From positions 11,327-75,326 of the forward strand of contig CAINNR010000015.1 of assembly GCA_903851235.1 (NCBI GenBank): a stretch of DNA of 64,000 bases, written 5' to 3'. This document shows positions 8,753-17,668 of the stretch, in pieces; position 1 is the stretch's first letter; each line of letters starts with the position of its first letter. Source of the stretch: an uncultured Candidatus Berkelbacteria bacterium. GTDB lineage: Bacteria > Patescibacteriota > UBA1384 > XYA2-FULL-43-10 > CAINNR01. The position numbers and the translations under genes were made by a program. The notes below the pieces were generated by a model, which worked only from the letters and a program-made list of their open reading frames with translations, had not been told where the DNA came from and did no database searches.

Positions 8753-10120
8753 ATGAGACCGAGAGCGCTGTTACAGGCATTGTTGGTTTCCGGTGACGTT
8801 CAAGCCGCGGTCAGATTAGCACAACAGGAAATGGGACGCAACTTAACAAATCGCGAGCTGTTTCTGACGGCTAATCGCTTAATTCGCTGGGCGATAAAAA
8901 ACGGCTCTGATGATTTAATGCCGACCGAACCCAGCGGCACAATCGTTAATGGGCTGATATCCGACGTAGCCAATCTACTCGGGTCGCAGGCAAATGAGTT
9001 GTATGAGAAAATCTGCAATGCATTTTGCGACACCTGCGAACAAATGTTTGGGATTGATTCAGCGGGTCGATATCTGTCGGATGCGATTTATTGGTGTCAT
9101 ATGATTACCGACGTTCGACGGAGAAAACGGATCGGGTGCCGGATCTTGTCATTGGCAATCAACGGCGGTTATCTCAGCTCGGCGGACGATATCGCAAGTT
9201 TTTTGAGAGTAACGATCAGCCCGATCCACCGACTTTACTGTTTGATACTGTGTAGCGACCGAAATCTTTGGGAGAAAGAAGTTTTCCAGCATGAATATCG
9301 TCGCTGTTTCTGCGGCGAAAAAGCCGAAGTGCAAGAGCAGATAATCTCTTTGGTTGTTGATCGATTGGCAACCAACGGTCACATTCGAGTAGCGCTGAAA
9401 ACTGCCATTCCGCTTCTACCGGCAGAAAAGCGCCGTGGATCGTTGGAAAAAGCGGTGGAGGAAATTGTCTCAGGCGGCGCTTGGTACGAAGACATCGTAA
9501 ACGACCTAAGTGAACTTGGTCGGCCTCTGACAAAAAAAGAGATTTTGGTCTGGATTCCCAATCACATGCAGACCAGAGCATCCGGAAGCTTTATTAACGC
9601 TCGCAGAATGATTTTTACTCTTCGGAAATCGGAAATGGAACAAGCAAAGGCGACACTTTACCAACTCCGATACCTAAATTCCGATGAAATTTTAAAAGCC
9701 ACACGACACATCGGCAGTAAGCGTATTCGCCACCAAATTCTTGAATCACTGTTTTTCTCATTATTGGAACATGACATGTATCTGGAAGAAAACCAGCGAA
9801 TAGACTATACCTATCAGAAGATTAACGATTTCAGCGCCGATCTTGGTTGGGTTCGTGATCAAAGACGGCTTCACCGGCTCTTCCGCGAAGCCTGTAACAA
9901 ACGCCAGCAAATAGATTATGCCCATTCTATGTTGCCGGTATTCCGACCGTCGGATAAGATTTGGGCTACTGAGATGTTGATTGCCTCTCATATTTGCTTC
10001 CGCGACGCTTCAGATGGGCGGACTCTTGCGCTTGAACTTGCCACAACGCTTCCACCCGAACTGGCGACAAAATATCAACAAATTCTCTCCAAGCCGGTAA
10101 AAGTTGAAGTTGCCGAATAG
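8753..10120 (+). CDS. hypothetical cytoplasmic protein (455 aa, Cys-rich)
   Basis: Long ORF with AAGGGA RBS, own promoter-like TTGATT/TATAAA upstream and a terminator downstream; no recognisable domain. Confidence 0.4.
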   Translation: MRPRALLQALLVSGDVQAAVRLAQQEMGRNLTNRELFLTANRLIRWAIKNGSDDLMPTEPSGTIVNGLISDVANLLGSQANELYEKICNAFCDTCEQMFGIDSAGRYLSDAIYWCHMITDVRRRKRIGCRILSLAINGGYLSSADDIASFLRVTISPIHRLYCLILCSDRNLWEKEVFQHEYRRCFCGEKAEVQEQIISLVVDRLATNGHIRVALKTAIPLLPAEKRRGSLEKAVEEIVSGGAWYEDIVNDLSELGRPLTKKEILVWIPNHMQTRASGSFINARRMIFTLRKSEMEQAKATLYQLRYLNSDEILKATRHIGSKRIRHQILESLFFSLLEHDMYLEENQRIDYTYQKINDFSADLGWVRDQRRLHRLFREACNKRQQIDYAHSMLPVFRPSDKIWATEMLIASHICFRDASDGRTLALELATTLPPELATKYQQILSKPVKVEVAE

Positions 10121-10132
10121 CATAAACACGCT

Positions 10133-10161
10133 GCCCCGATACCGCATCGGGGCGTTTTTTT
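10133..10161 (+). terminator. rho-independent terminator
   Basis: gccccgat-accgc-atcggggc hairpin followed by TTTTTTT, 13 nt after the stop. Confidence 0.65.
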
Positions 10162-10240
10162 CTGTCGGCTATTGTATTATCGGAAAAAATCGGTAATAAT
10201 CAAGTCACCTCGTAGACACCCGACGATTGGAGGGTAACAG

Positions 10241-10777
10241 ATGACCATCAAAGATGTTGTCAAGCAGCGGAACAACATTAGGAAAGCCTGCTGGGGAGTT
10301 CTGTCCAGATATCCATCAGCAATTGAAGATCTGGTCGAAGATATCATTTTCCACATCGCCGGTAGGTTGGATAAATTCAGAGCTGAGAGTTCATTTGAGA
10401 CTTGGGTCCATCGAATCGCTACCAACCAAGCGATCAACAAGCTGAAAAAGCTGAAAAAAGAGGAGTGTTTGTCGCTTGATGCCTCAATTGGTGGCACAAC
10501 AGAGGATATCGATTTTGTCGACGTTTTGCTCGGCGACGGTCATTACGACCCTATGCCATCAATAGGGAGATTTCACGATTTGGAAACAATTCGCAATTCA
10601 CTCGCTTGGCTAAGGGAACACCACAATACGAATTATCGAGCGCTTTCGTTAGTTGTAGTTTACGGTTTTAGTAATCAATTTGCAGCGGAATATCTGGGTA
10701 TTTCACCGACATCAGTCCGGACAAGAATATTCCGAGCTAGAGAATCATTACGAAAAAGATTGGTTACTGAGAGATAG
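10241..10777 (+). CDS. ECF-type sigma-70 family RNA polymerase sigma factor
   Basis: Region 2-like WVHRIATNQAINKLKK and region 4 HTH YLGISPTSVRTRIFRARESLRKRL; GGAGGG RBS. Confidence 0.65.
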   Translation: MTIKDVVKQRNNIRKACWGVLSRYPSAIEDLVEDIIFHIAGRLDKFRAESSFETWVHRIATNQAINKLKKLKKEECLSLDASIGGTTEDIDFVDVLLGDGHYDPMPSIGRFHDLETIRNSLAWLREHHNTNYRALSLVVVYGFSNQFAAEYLGISPTSVRTRIFRARESLRKRLVTER

Positions 10778-10809
10778 AACCTATGGTCTCGCCCAGTGCG
10801 CGACCTTTT

Positions 10810-11937
10810 TTATTTGCTATTTTCTTCGATTATTTTCTTATAAACCTTGGCGCTTTTGCGCGGCTGGCGATTAATATCATGCAGACCGAATTTCATTGTG
10901 TACCCACTCGACCATTCAAAATTGTCAATCAGAGACCAGTAAAAGTAGCCTCGAAGATCGGTGCCATCGGCGATGGCACGAGATAATTGCGAAAGATTGC
11001 CTTGAATAAATTTTTGGCGATCGACGTCAGCGGCCGGCGTGCCGTTTTCTGTTAGGTAGATCGGTAATCTCCAGCGCTTGGCCTCGATTAGCAGCTGATA
11101 TAGACTGTCGGCAATTTTTCCGCTTAGAATCGGCTTTTTCGCTTGAACTTTGTATGAGGCGTAGGAGTTAATACCGAGAAAATCAAGTTGCTTTCGGATT
11201 CGGCCGATAAAATATTCATTGACTATCCATCTTGCCAATCGGCTCAAGATTCGATCAAAAATATTTCGTCCGGCCGGTAAAAACGCGGTCATATTCATCG
11301 CAATTCCTACCTTGACCCTTGGATTGGCCTTTTTCATACTAATGTATGCTTGTTTATGAGCGGAAATTTGGTTAAAAAATGCCTTGACCCCAAGGATATA
11401 ACTCTTCTTTCCTGGGCACCAATCAGCAATAAAATAGCCTTTGTTGATATAGACATTCGGCTCATTTAATACCGACCATAATTCAACCGATCGCCCGAAC
11501 TCCTGCGCCATCCGGCCGGCAAAGCGAGCAAAATAGTCGATGGTTTTTCTGTTGGTAAATCCACCGATGTCGGCGACCCAAAGTGGAAGAGTGAAGTGAA
11601 ATAACGTCACCATCGGCGTGATATTATTTTTATTCAGTTCGTCGATCATTTCCCGATAGCGACCGATAACTTTTTTGTCAAAAAAACCTGGCGTTGGCTC
11701 GATTCGCGACCATTCGATGGAAAATCGATAGGCGTTTTGCGAAGTATTTTTCAGTAGTCGGATGTCTTGGCGCCATTTGTTCCAACTATCGGCTGAAATT
11801 TCTGATGTTCTGTGATCTGAAACATTGCCGGGAATTTTTTCCCAGCGCGCCCAATCGTTATTTAAATGACCTTCTATTTGGTGTGCCGCAGTCGCGGCAC
11901 CAAATAGGAAGTTTTTTGGAAATTTGAGTTTATGCAT
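10810..11937 (-). CDS. glycoside hydrolase family 1 beta-glucosidase
   Basis: FLFGAATAAHQIEG N-terminal signature, acid/base LNEP and nucleophile YLTENG motifs. Start moved to the Met preceding KLKFPKNFLFGAA (complement 11935..11937). Confidence 0.8.
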   Translation of the reverse strand: MHKLKFPKNFLFGAATAAHQIEGHLNNDWARWEKIPGNVSDHRTSEISADSWNKWRQDIRLLKNTSQNAYRFSIEWSRIEPTPGFFDKKVIGRYREMIDELNKNNITPMVTLFHFTLPLWVADIGGFTNRKTIDYFARFAGRMAQEFGRSVELWSVLNEPNVYINKGYFIADWCPGKKSYILGVKAFFNQISAHKQAYISMKKANPRVKVGIAMNMTAFLPAGRNIFDRILSRLARWIVNEYFIGRIRKQLDFLGINSYASYKVQAKKPILSGKIADSLYQLLIEAKRWRLPIYLTENGTPAADVDRQKFIQGNLSQLSRAIADGTDLRGYFYWSLIDNFEWSSGYTMKFGLHDINRQPRKSAKVYKKIIEENSK

Positions 11938-11980
11938 TTGATTTTTATATTGCCGGGATGACAGGATTGTTGACTGGGAA

Positions 11981-12289
11981 TTATATGTTATCGCTATCAA
12001 TGCTTTCTTGCATATAACGATAAACGATTGAAATAATTTCGCGGATATCGCCGTTGACATTTTTATATATTAAATTGTCAAAAGCAATATTTTTAAATTC
12101 ACGAATTGGGTCACTGATTAGGGCATGAATGAAAGATTGCGTTGCCCCATTTACACCACCAAAATCGATAATGACTTCATTTTGCTTCAATAATGCCGGC
12201 ATAAGCTGTTCTATCCTTATTCTTTTGGCAATGTCCTTGTTTTCAGCAAAATCTCCGGCCATTCTTTTAATTTTAATAAGATTTTTCAT
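11981..12289 (-). CDS. STAS-like DUF4325 protein (partner of GHKL ATPase)
   Basis: VIIDFGGVNGATQSFIHALI matches the DUF4325 core; start overlaps the upstream ATPase gene by 4 nt (operon). Confidence 0.5.
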   Translation of the reverse strand: MKNLIKIKRMAGDFAENKDIAKRIRIEQLMPALLKQNEVIIDFGGVNGATQSFIHALISDPIREFKNIAFDNLIYKNVNGDIREIISIVYRYMQESIDSDNI

Positions 12290-13254
12290 ATAAATCTTGG
12301 TCTCCTGTATTTCTCGCGTTTGCGTTCACGGATAGCTTTGTCATAAACTACACCGATGCCAGTCAATAATTCATTAAATTCTGGAGTTTCGTCAAGCGAA
12401 ATATCCACCGCTACCAATGTTCCCTGAAAACTTGGCGCATTATTTATTTCGCCATGCGGATCTCTACTTGGGTCGGCATATAATCTTGGCACCCCCTTGA
12501 TTCGTTTGTTATGCTTATGAAGAGTATATTCGGCACTACCACTATAAATAGCAAAGTAATTACGGGTAATTTTCGCTATCGACTTAACAAAGAACAATCC
12601 GGCGCCGGCATTTTCAGCAGTACCTCCTTCGCGTCTCGTTGTGCCCGTAATTCCTGGTGTTAAAGCCAATTTTATGGCTTCGATATGTGTTTTGGGATGC
12701 CAGTGAGTTTGTAAACTTTTCCAAATACCGATACCGGTATCGCAAATTCCGATACTGACCCGATTGGTTTTTTTGTAATATTGAGCAGCGACGACGGCGC
12801 CGCTCTTTGCAAAAGAGTGTTCCAGAACGTTTCTTACTAACTCACCAAAAATATATTTAATCACTGTCGCGTTTTTTTCTGATAGATGTAGAAGTGGAAT
12901 CATATCGGTAATAAAATGAGATTGTTCTTCAGCTGTTTTAATAATTTTAATAGGCAGGAATCGTCCGGATTCTTCTTTTTTATGATAATGAAATGGTGAA
13001 GATGTTTTTACAAAGTTAAAAAGCCCCATTCTGTCTAAATATCGTCCTGTGTCAGGAATGTCGCCAATAATTTCTGTGTTTTTCATACCAACTTTGATCG
13101 CCAGTGCAACTACCAAAACAAGATTAGCTGGATGAACAGTAATCCATTTATTATGAGTTGTTATCTCTAGTTTTCTTGGGTTTGAAAGGTCAAGAGATTC
13201 TACAAATTGTCGAAAATTTCGCAGATTCCCTTGATTTGATAAAAATATTCTCAT
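12286..13254 (-). CDS. GHKL-superfamily (histidine-kinase-like) ATPase, anti-sigma/serine-kinase-like
   Basis: N-box GELVRNVLEHS, G1 DTGIGI, G2 GAGLFF in the C-terminal half; about 150-aa N-terminal extension of unknown function. Confidence 0.6.
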   Translation of the reverse strand: MRIFLSNQGNLRNFRQFVESLDLSNPRKLEITTHNKWITVHPANLVLVVALAIKVGMKNTEIIGDIPDTGRYLDRMGLFNFVKTSSPFHYHKKEESGRFLPIKIIKTAEEQSHFITDMIPLLHLSEKNATVIKYIFGELVRNVLEHSFAKSGAVVAAQYYKKTNRVSIGICDTGIGIWKSLQTHWHPKTHIEAIKLALTPGITGTTRREGGTAENAGAGLFFVKSIAKITRNYFAIYSGSAEYTLHKHNKRIKGVPRLYADPSRDPHGEINNAPSFQGTLVAVDISLDETPEFNELLTGIGVVYDKAIRERKREKYRRPRFI

Positions 13255-13534
13255 AAGTATACTTTACCCGTCAGATGATTTTGTGTCAATAGGCACTCTA
13301 CGGGTAATTACTCCATAGGAGATCAGAATGTGAAATTGGATTTAGGCTAAATATGGCATAGTCAGGGTATCTCAATGCAATCACCAGCAAACCCCAGCAC
13401 AAATACTTATTGTACAAATCACTCGAATAAGGAATTCTCGGCAGAAAAGATAGTCGCTGTCCCCAAAAGAAAGTATTTGGGAAATTTGAGTTTGTCCATT
13501 TGGTTGTATTTTCTGGCGGACTGGATGCACTTCA

Positions 13535-13570
13535 CTTCGAATACCTTTTTGTCTGGCTTGACCAGTTAAG
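13535..13570. repeat. left copy of imperfect direct repeat flanking the AbiE cassette
   Basis: cttcgaatacctttttgtctggcttgaccagttaag; 33/36 identical to 15259..15294. Weaker similarity extends about 35 nt further on the left (tgtccatttgg..ggcggactg vs tgtctcatttggcgggctg). Confidence 0.6.
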
Positions 13571-13633
13571 GAAGACATACGATTCCGATAACATTTGCTA
13601 AATCACACCACAGATAATTTTGTCTGCGTCAAA

Positions 13634-14350
13634 TTAATTACTTTCGTTTATTAACCCTGGTTTGTCAGCATAAAGCTTTAAGCGAAAAAGCAGGTCGGAA
13701 ATCATTTTTGTTTTAACGTAGTTTTTTTGCTTGATATCTAGAATTTCACCTAAACCTTGTAGAATATTTAGCGTCCCTTTATTTTTTTCGAGGTAACCGG
13801 CCATCTTACTGAAGTATGCCGGTAATTCCATCCCTGTTCGACTTAAAATGATTTCTTTTTTAATCGGCCAATCATTGTTGAGAAAAAACCAACAGTCGAA
13901 CCAGTCACGATTCACCATTATTTTACGATCAAAGATAGCAACTAATTTATTGGCCGCAAGACAGTCTTTGTCCATGACTATAATCGGCAGACCATAATAT
14001 TCTTGAATGTTATAGGTATTTTCCGTATTTACCCTTTTTGAAATTTCGATTTTTATGCTGTGATCACCGTTTTTGTATGAGAGGCGGAAAAAGATCGTAT
14101 TTTGTTTGATCATTTCATCTTTGATATCCCCATACTTTATGGCAATAGATTTAACTTGATCGAAGATTTGTTGGTTATTGTCTTGAGATAAAAGATCAAA
14201 GTCCAAATCTGTCGAGAATCTTGGCAGATTGTAAAAAAGATAAGCCGCCGTGCCACCTTTAAACCCGAGCTTTTGGCTTAAACTCGGTTCACTGTAAATA
14301 TCAAATAGTATTTTTGTCATAAAATTTTCATGCACGGCTCGATCAAGCAT
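13634..14350 (-). CDS. abiEii: AbiEii/AbiGii-family nucleotidyltransferase toxin (type IV TA / abortive infection)
   Basis: LGFKGGTAAYLFYNLPRFSTDLDFDL matches the DUF1814/AbiEii signature; overlaps upstream abiEi by 8 nt. Confidence 0.7.
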   Translation of the reverse strand: MLDRAVHENFMTKILFDIYSEPSLSQKLGFKGGTAAYLFYNLPRFSTDLDFDLLSQDNNQQIFDQVKSIAIKYGDIKDEMIKQNTIFFRLSYKNGDHSIKIEISKRVNTENTYNIQEYYGLPIIVMDKDCLAANKLVAIFDRKIMVNRDWFDCWFFLNNDWPIKKEIILSRTGMELPAYFSKMAGYLEKNKGTLNILQGLGEILDIKQKNYVKTKMISDLLFRLKLYADKPGLINESN

Positions 14351-14927
14351 AATTTTCCTTTAGTCTTTTAATTTGTGATAAAAGTCGTTTATTAGAATAA
14401 GCCCGTGCGATCCGAAGACACAAATCCCAGTCGATATCGGTCAATTGATCAAAAACAAAATCTGGCGAGAGATAGAGAGTGTCGACAATCGACCTTTCCT
14501 TGGAAGCCACGGTTTTATTGCCAAGAAAGTGTATTCCAGCCGGATTGAGAAGGATTGGACCTTTAATTTTTTTATATACATATTCCGTATTTCCAACTGT
14601 AATCGACCGGCTTTGGTTTGAAACCGAATATATCCTTGAATCATATTGAAAATTGATTCCATTTTGCGCTAGAGCAGAATACAGGCCGAAATAAGACGGG
14701 GTAATCATTTTATTGGCCAGTTCAATCTTGTCATAGTTTTTACCAAGAGCGTAAAATCCCTTGCGAATGAGGAAGAGTTTTTGCGATTTGATCAAGCGGT
14801 TAATCTTTGTTTTAAGATAGTCATCTTTGTCAATCCGCCAAATTAAACTTAGGTCTTTAATCGAAAAGACGGTTTTTTGGCTTCGATAAAGCAAAACAAT
14901 TGGGTCTATTTTATTAGCTGATGTCAT
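14343..14927 (-). CDS. abiEi: AbiEi-family antitoxin/transcriptional regulator
   Basis: Length and IKDLSLIWRIDKDDYLKTKINRLIKSQKLFLIRKGFYAL winged-helix-like N-terminus typical of AbiEi; operon with abiEii. Confidence 0.6.
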   Translation of the reverse strand: MTSANKIDPIVLLYRSQKTVFSIKDLSLIWRIDKDDYLKTKINRLIKSQKLFLIRKGFYALGKNYDKIELANKMITPSYFGLYSALAQNGINFQYDSRIYSVSNQSRSITVGNTEYVYKKIKGPILLNPAGIHFLGNKTVASKERSIVDTLYLSPDFVFDQLTDIDWDLCLRIARAYSNKRLLSQIKRLKENYA

Positions 14928-15258
14928 ATATAAGTTATCAATAATGATTACCTATATTGTATATTATCAAATTAAATTTGTCAATAGTCACCGGCTCTTT
15001 GTCTCAATTTTGGCATAATATCAAATTCGGGGGGCTAAATTACCGGGTTTTGATGCATCAGTAGTAGATAATTGATCATTTATTTGCAGAAACTTGTAAT
15101 TAAATGGCTTAGAAGGATTTACAGGACTTACTAAACAGCCATTTTCAGACCCCATATTTTGCTATTAAGCCTTATTTTTAGTCCATTTTACAGAGCAATT
15201 TTGGACTTGCAGCCGATGAAACCTGGTCTTGTCTCATTTGGCGGGCTGAAACAATTTC

Positions 15259-15294
15259 CTTCGAATACCTTTTAGTCTGGTTTGACCAATTAAG
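15259..15294. repeat. right copy of imperfect direct repeat flanking the AbiE cassette
   Basis: cttcgaataccttttagtctggtttgaccaattaag; see 13535..13570. Confidence 0.6.
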
Positions 15295-15365
15295 ACAGAT
15301 TTTCAACATTCTCTGAATTTGCTGTCCTGCGTCCTTCAGTCTTTAATTGTTCCGATTATTTTGGT

Positions 15366-15662
15366 TCATTGTTCACGAATGACGAAAGATCGTTTATTGA
15401 TCTCTTGTAGAATCTTTAATGTTGCCTGTACCGACATGTTATCGCTTGGTAATAATACTAATTTATCTCCAAGTTGCTCAAATAAGGGGCCTAAAAATTC
15501 GTCCCCCCAAGAAGGGGAAAAAGTCAAAACGCCGGAGAAATCAATTTCCAAATTTTCATTTGGCTTAATGCCTTTGAATGCCGGTTGAAAAGCCTTGAAA
15601 GCTTCAAGTCCGGCTTGGCGAGAAATAAGTGTTGTCCCAAATTTTTTTAGTTCTATTAACAT
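15366..15662 (-). CDS. STAS-like DUF4325 protein (second copy)
   Basis: LEIDFSGVLTFSPSWGDEFLGPL core; immediately downstream of the HTH-GHKL ATPase gene. Confidence 0.5.
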   Translation of the reverse strand: MLIELKKFGTTLISRQAGLEAFKAFQPAFKGIKPNENLEIDFSGVLTFSPSWGDEFLGPLFEQLGDKLVLLPSDNMSVQATLKILQEINKRSFVIREQ

Positions 15663-15693
15663 AGATTTGTCCTTAATTATTTTATGATTAATA

Positions 15694-16413
15694 TTAGAAT
15701 TGGATTATAGCGGAACAACCCCTGAACATCTCTTGCCCGCGGGTAAGACGAAACTCCCTACCAGGCGACTTAATTCGAACTTCGGCATCTCCACTCTCAA
15801 AGAATAGGTCAATTGGCTGAGTTGTGGTAACTTCTCGAACAAACTTTAATCCATTTCCGCGTTTTTCCGGAGATCGTCCCGAGAGGATCTCTGTAAAGGC
15901 AACCTTAACTGCTTCAGTGTGATTTTTTAATGTAGGGCGTACCTGACGAAGTGTCTCCAAAATACCAAGACCACGGTCAGCAAGCACAATCTGCTTTTTG
16001 TTAATATCATATCCGAAAAAAATACCCGGCACATCCGGCCACTTCCCAAGATTGTGATCAAAGGAATTGTTTCCTATTTCACCAGTAATAGCAATGATAA
16101 CTGAAAACAATTTCTCAAAACCAGGTTGCTCCATCAACAATAATTCCAGCCTTGATAGCCTAACTTGAAAAACTGCGCTATTACTACAGTAAAATGCGGA
16201 AGGGAATTCCGAGCCCTCTTTCGCCCAATTATGAGCAAGCTTAACATTGTCACTTGAAAATATTTCAAGATCATTTTCTCTATAAAATCTGTGTACTCCC
16301 CCTTGTTTTCTGATCGCGACAAGCTTTCCACTACTGTCCCAGCGGCGGAGTGTGTCAATTGAAACACCAAGTATTTTTGATGCTTGAGAAATTGTAAGTA
16401 GTTGTTCTTCCAT
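15694..16413 (-). CDS. MerR/excisionase-type HTH fused to GHKL-family ATPase
   Basis: N-terminal ISQASKILGVSIDTLRRWDSSGKL HTH; C-terminal N-box GEIGNNSFDH, G1 DRGLGI, G2 GNGLKF. Confidence 0.55.
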   Translation of the reverse strand: MEEQLLTISQASKILGVSIDTLRRWDSSGKLVAIRKQGGVHRFYRENDLEIFSSDNVKLAHNWAKEGSEFPSAFYCSNSAVFQVRLSRLELLLMEQPGFEKLFSVIIAITGEIGNNSFDHNLGKWPDVPGIFFGYDINKKQIVLADRGLGILETLRQVRPTLKNHTEAVKVAFTEILSGRSPEKRGNGLKFVREVTTTQPIDLFFESGDAEVRIKSPGREFRLTRGQEMFRGCSAIIQF

Positions 16414-16446
16414 AATTTACCTCTGTAAATATATTAACACGAGATG

Positions 16447-16499
16447 TTAAACTATGCAAGTTTGTCATAAAACTATGCAAGTAATAGTTAAACTATGGA
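16447..16499. repeat. three 21-nt-spaced direct repeats (candidate operator) upstream of HTH-GHKL gene
   Basis: ttaaactatgcaagt (16447-16461), taaaactatgcaagt (16468-16482), ttaaactatgga (16488-16499); 34-86 nt upstream of the start at 16413. Confidence 0.4.
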
Positions 16500-16679
16500 T
16501 TTACACAACAACCTGAGATAGTTAACATCAATTGAAGCTTAATTTTCACTAACTAGAATTGTTAATTTTTGTTTGACGACAAGATTCGAACACATCCAAC
16601 CTGTAGTATTATTTTACATAAACAAGAAAAACTGTAAAAAAGACTCTTTTTTCATTACTCAAACATGGTGTTTATCTCA

Positions 16680-16757
<78 letters not shown>

Positions 16758-16772
<15 letters not shown>

Positions 16773-17015
16773 AAACTTTTTTATTATCTCCAATTTTTCT
16801 TTCCGCCCAGCCGAATGTTTTAAATACCACTCTCTTTTGCAAGCTTCCGATCGGGAATCGAACGATTCGGAATAAATCAACTTCCATGGTCTAAACGGTT
16901 TGGTTGATTTCGCTCCACCATGGTTATGTTCAGCCAATCTGCGATTCTGGTCGGTTGTTATTCCAACATAATGACGTCGTTTGGAGTTTTCTATCATGTA
17001 GACAAAATATTTCAT
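16758..17015 (-). CDS. GIY-YIG nuclease-superfamily protein (UPF0213/YhbQ-like)
   Basis: YFVYMIENSKRRHYVGITTDQNRRLAEHNHG matches GIY-x10-YVG...R..EH; the last 15 nt overlap the tRNA 3' region, so the true stop may differ. Confidence 0.55.
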
Positions 17016-17123
17016 ATAATTTCTTGATCGATTTAACTTGGCTACGCTTGGATTATAGCTGATAGTTTGATAAGTTTCAATAAAAAAAATCCTCAGATTA
17101 ATGCGGATTTTTTAATAAAAATT

Positions 17124-17360
17124 CTATTTGTAAGTGTTTTCATTTCTTCGTGAAATTGTCAACACAGTAATTTTCCCCTCGTCAATACGATATATAATAC
17201 GCTGGTCACCCAGTCGAAGGCGAAAAACATCGCCCCTGTTCTTAAGTTTTTTAATGTCCAGTCCTACAAGATTATTTGAAAAAAGTTTTGATAACACACT
17301 CTTGATATTCTTTCGCTCTTTCTCCGATAATTTTGCCAGTGCCTTTTCAATTTTATCCAT
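17124..17360 (-). CDS. RelE/ParE-family type II toxin
   Basis: RLRLGDQRIIYRIDEGKITVLTISRRNE C-terminal pattern typical of RelE/ParE. Confidence 0.65.
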   Translation of the reverse strand: MDKIEKALAKLSEKERKNIKSVLSKLFSNNLVGLDIKKLKNRGDVFRLRLGDQRIIYRIDEGKITVLTISRRNENTYK

Positions 17361-17369
17361 TTTTTTTTC

Positions 17370-17597
17370 CTATAATCGGCTCAGCAAATCCTCGATTGCA
17401 ACTCCGCCTTTTTGAATTTTAGTAAAGTCAATCACTTCTTCCCATAATTCTTCCTCGTCGTGGTTAATGGGACAGATACGAAAAACCGGTTTGGATTTTT
17501 TTACCACCAAAAAACAATCGCCGGCAGCAATTTTCTTTTCGTAAGCAGGCAAATTTTCTCTTAATTCTTTTAGACCGATTATTTTTTCCATACACAA
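17370..17597 (-). CDS. putative Phd/YefM-like antitoxin
   Basis: 75-aa acidic protein immediately upstream of the RelE-like gene with a 9-nt gap; classical antitoxin position. Confidence 0.45.
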   Translation of the reverse strand: MCMEKIIGLKELRENLPAYEKKIAAGDCFLVVKKSKPVFRICPINHDEEELWEEVIDFTKIQKGGVAIEDLLSRL

Positions 17598-17668
17598 AGT
17601 TTAACTTAAGATAAACTTTGTGTCAATAACTATAAATACAGTGTGATAGTTCAGTAATCTGACAATGA

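Noticed and set aside
10783-10986. Plus-strand 67-aa ORF
   Set aside because: Overlaps the 3' end of the GH1 gene on the opposite strand; no RBS
16576-16615. tRNA-like fragment (gacgacaagattcgaacacatccaacc) upstream of tRNA-Ser
   Set aside because: Contains a TTCGAA-like loop but no complementary T-stem or acceptor stem could be formed in either orientation; likely chance
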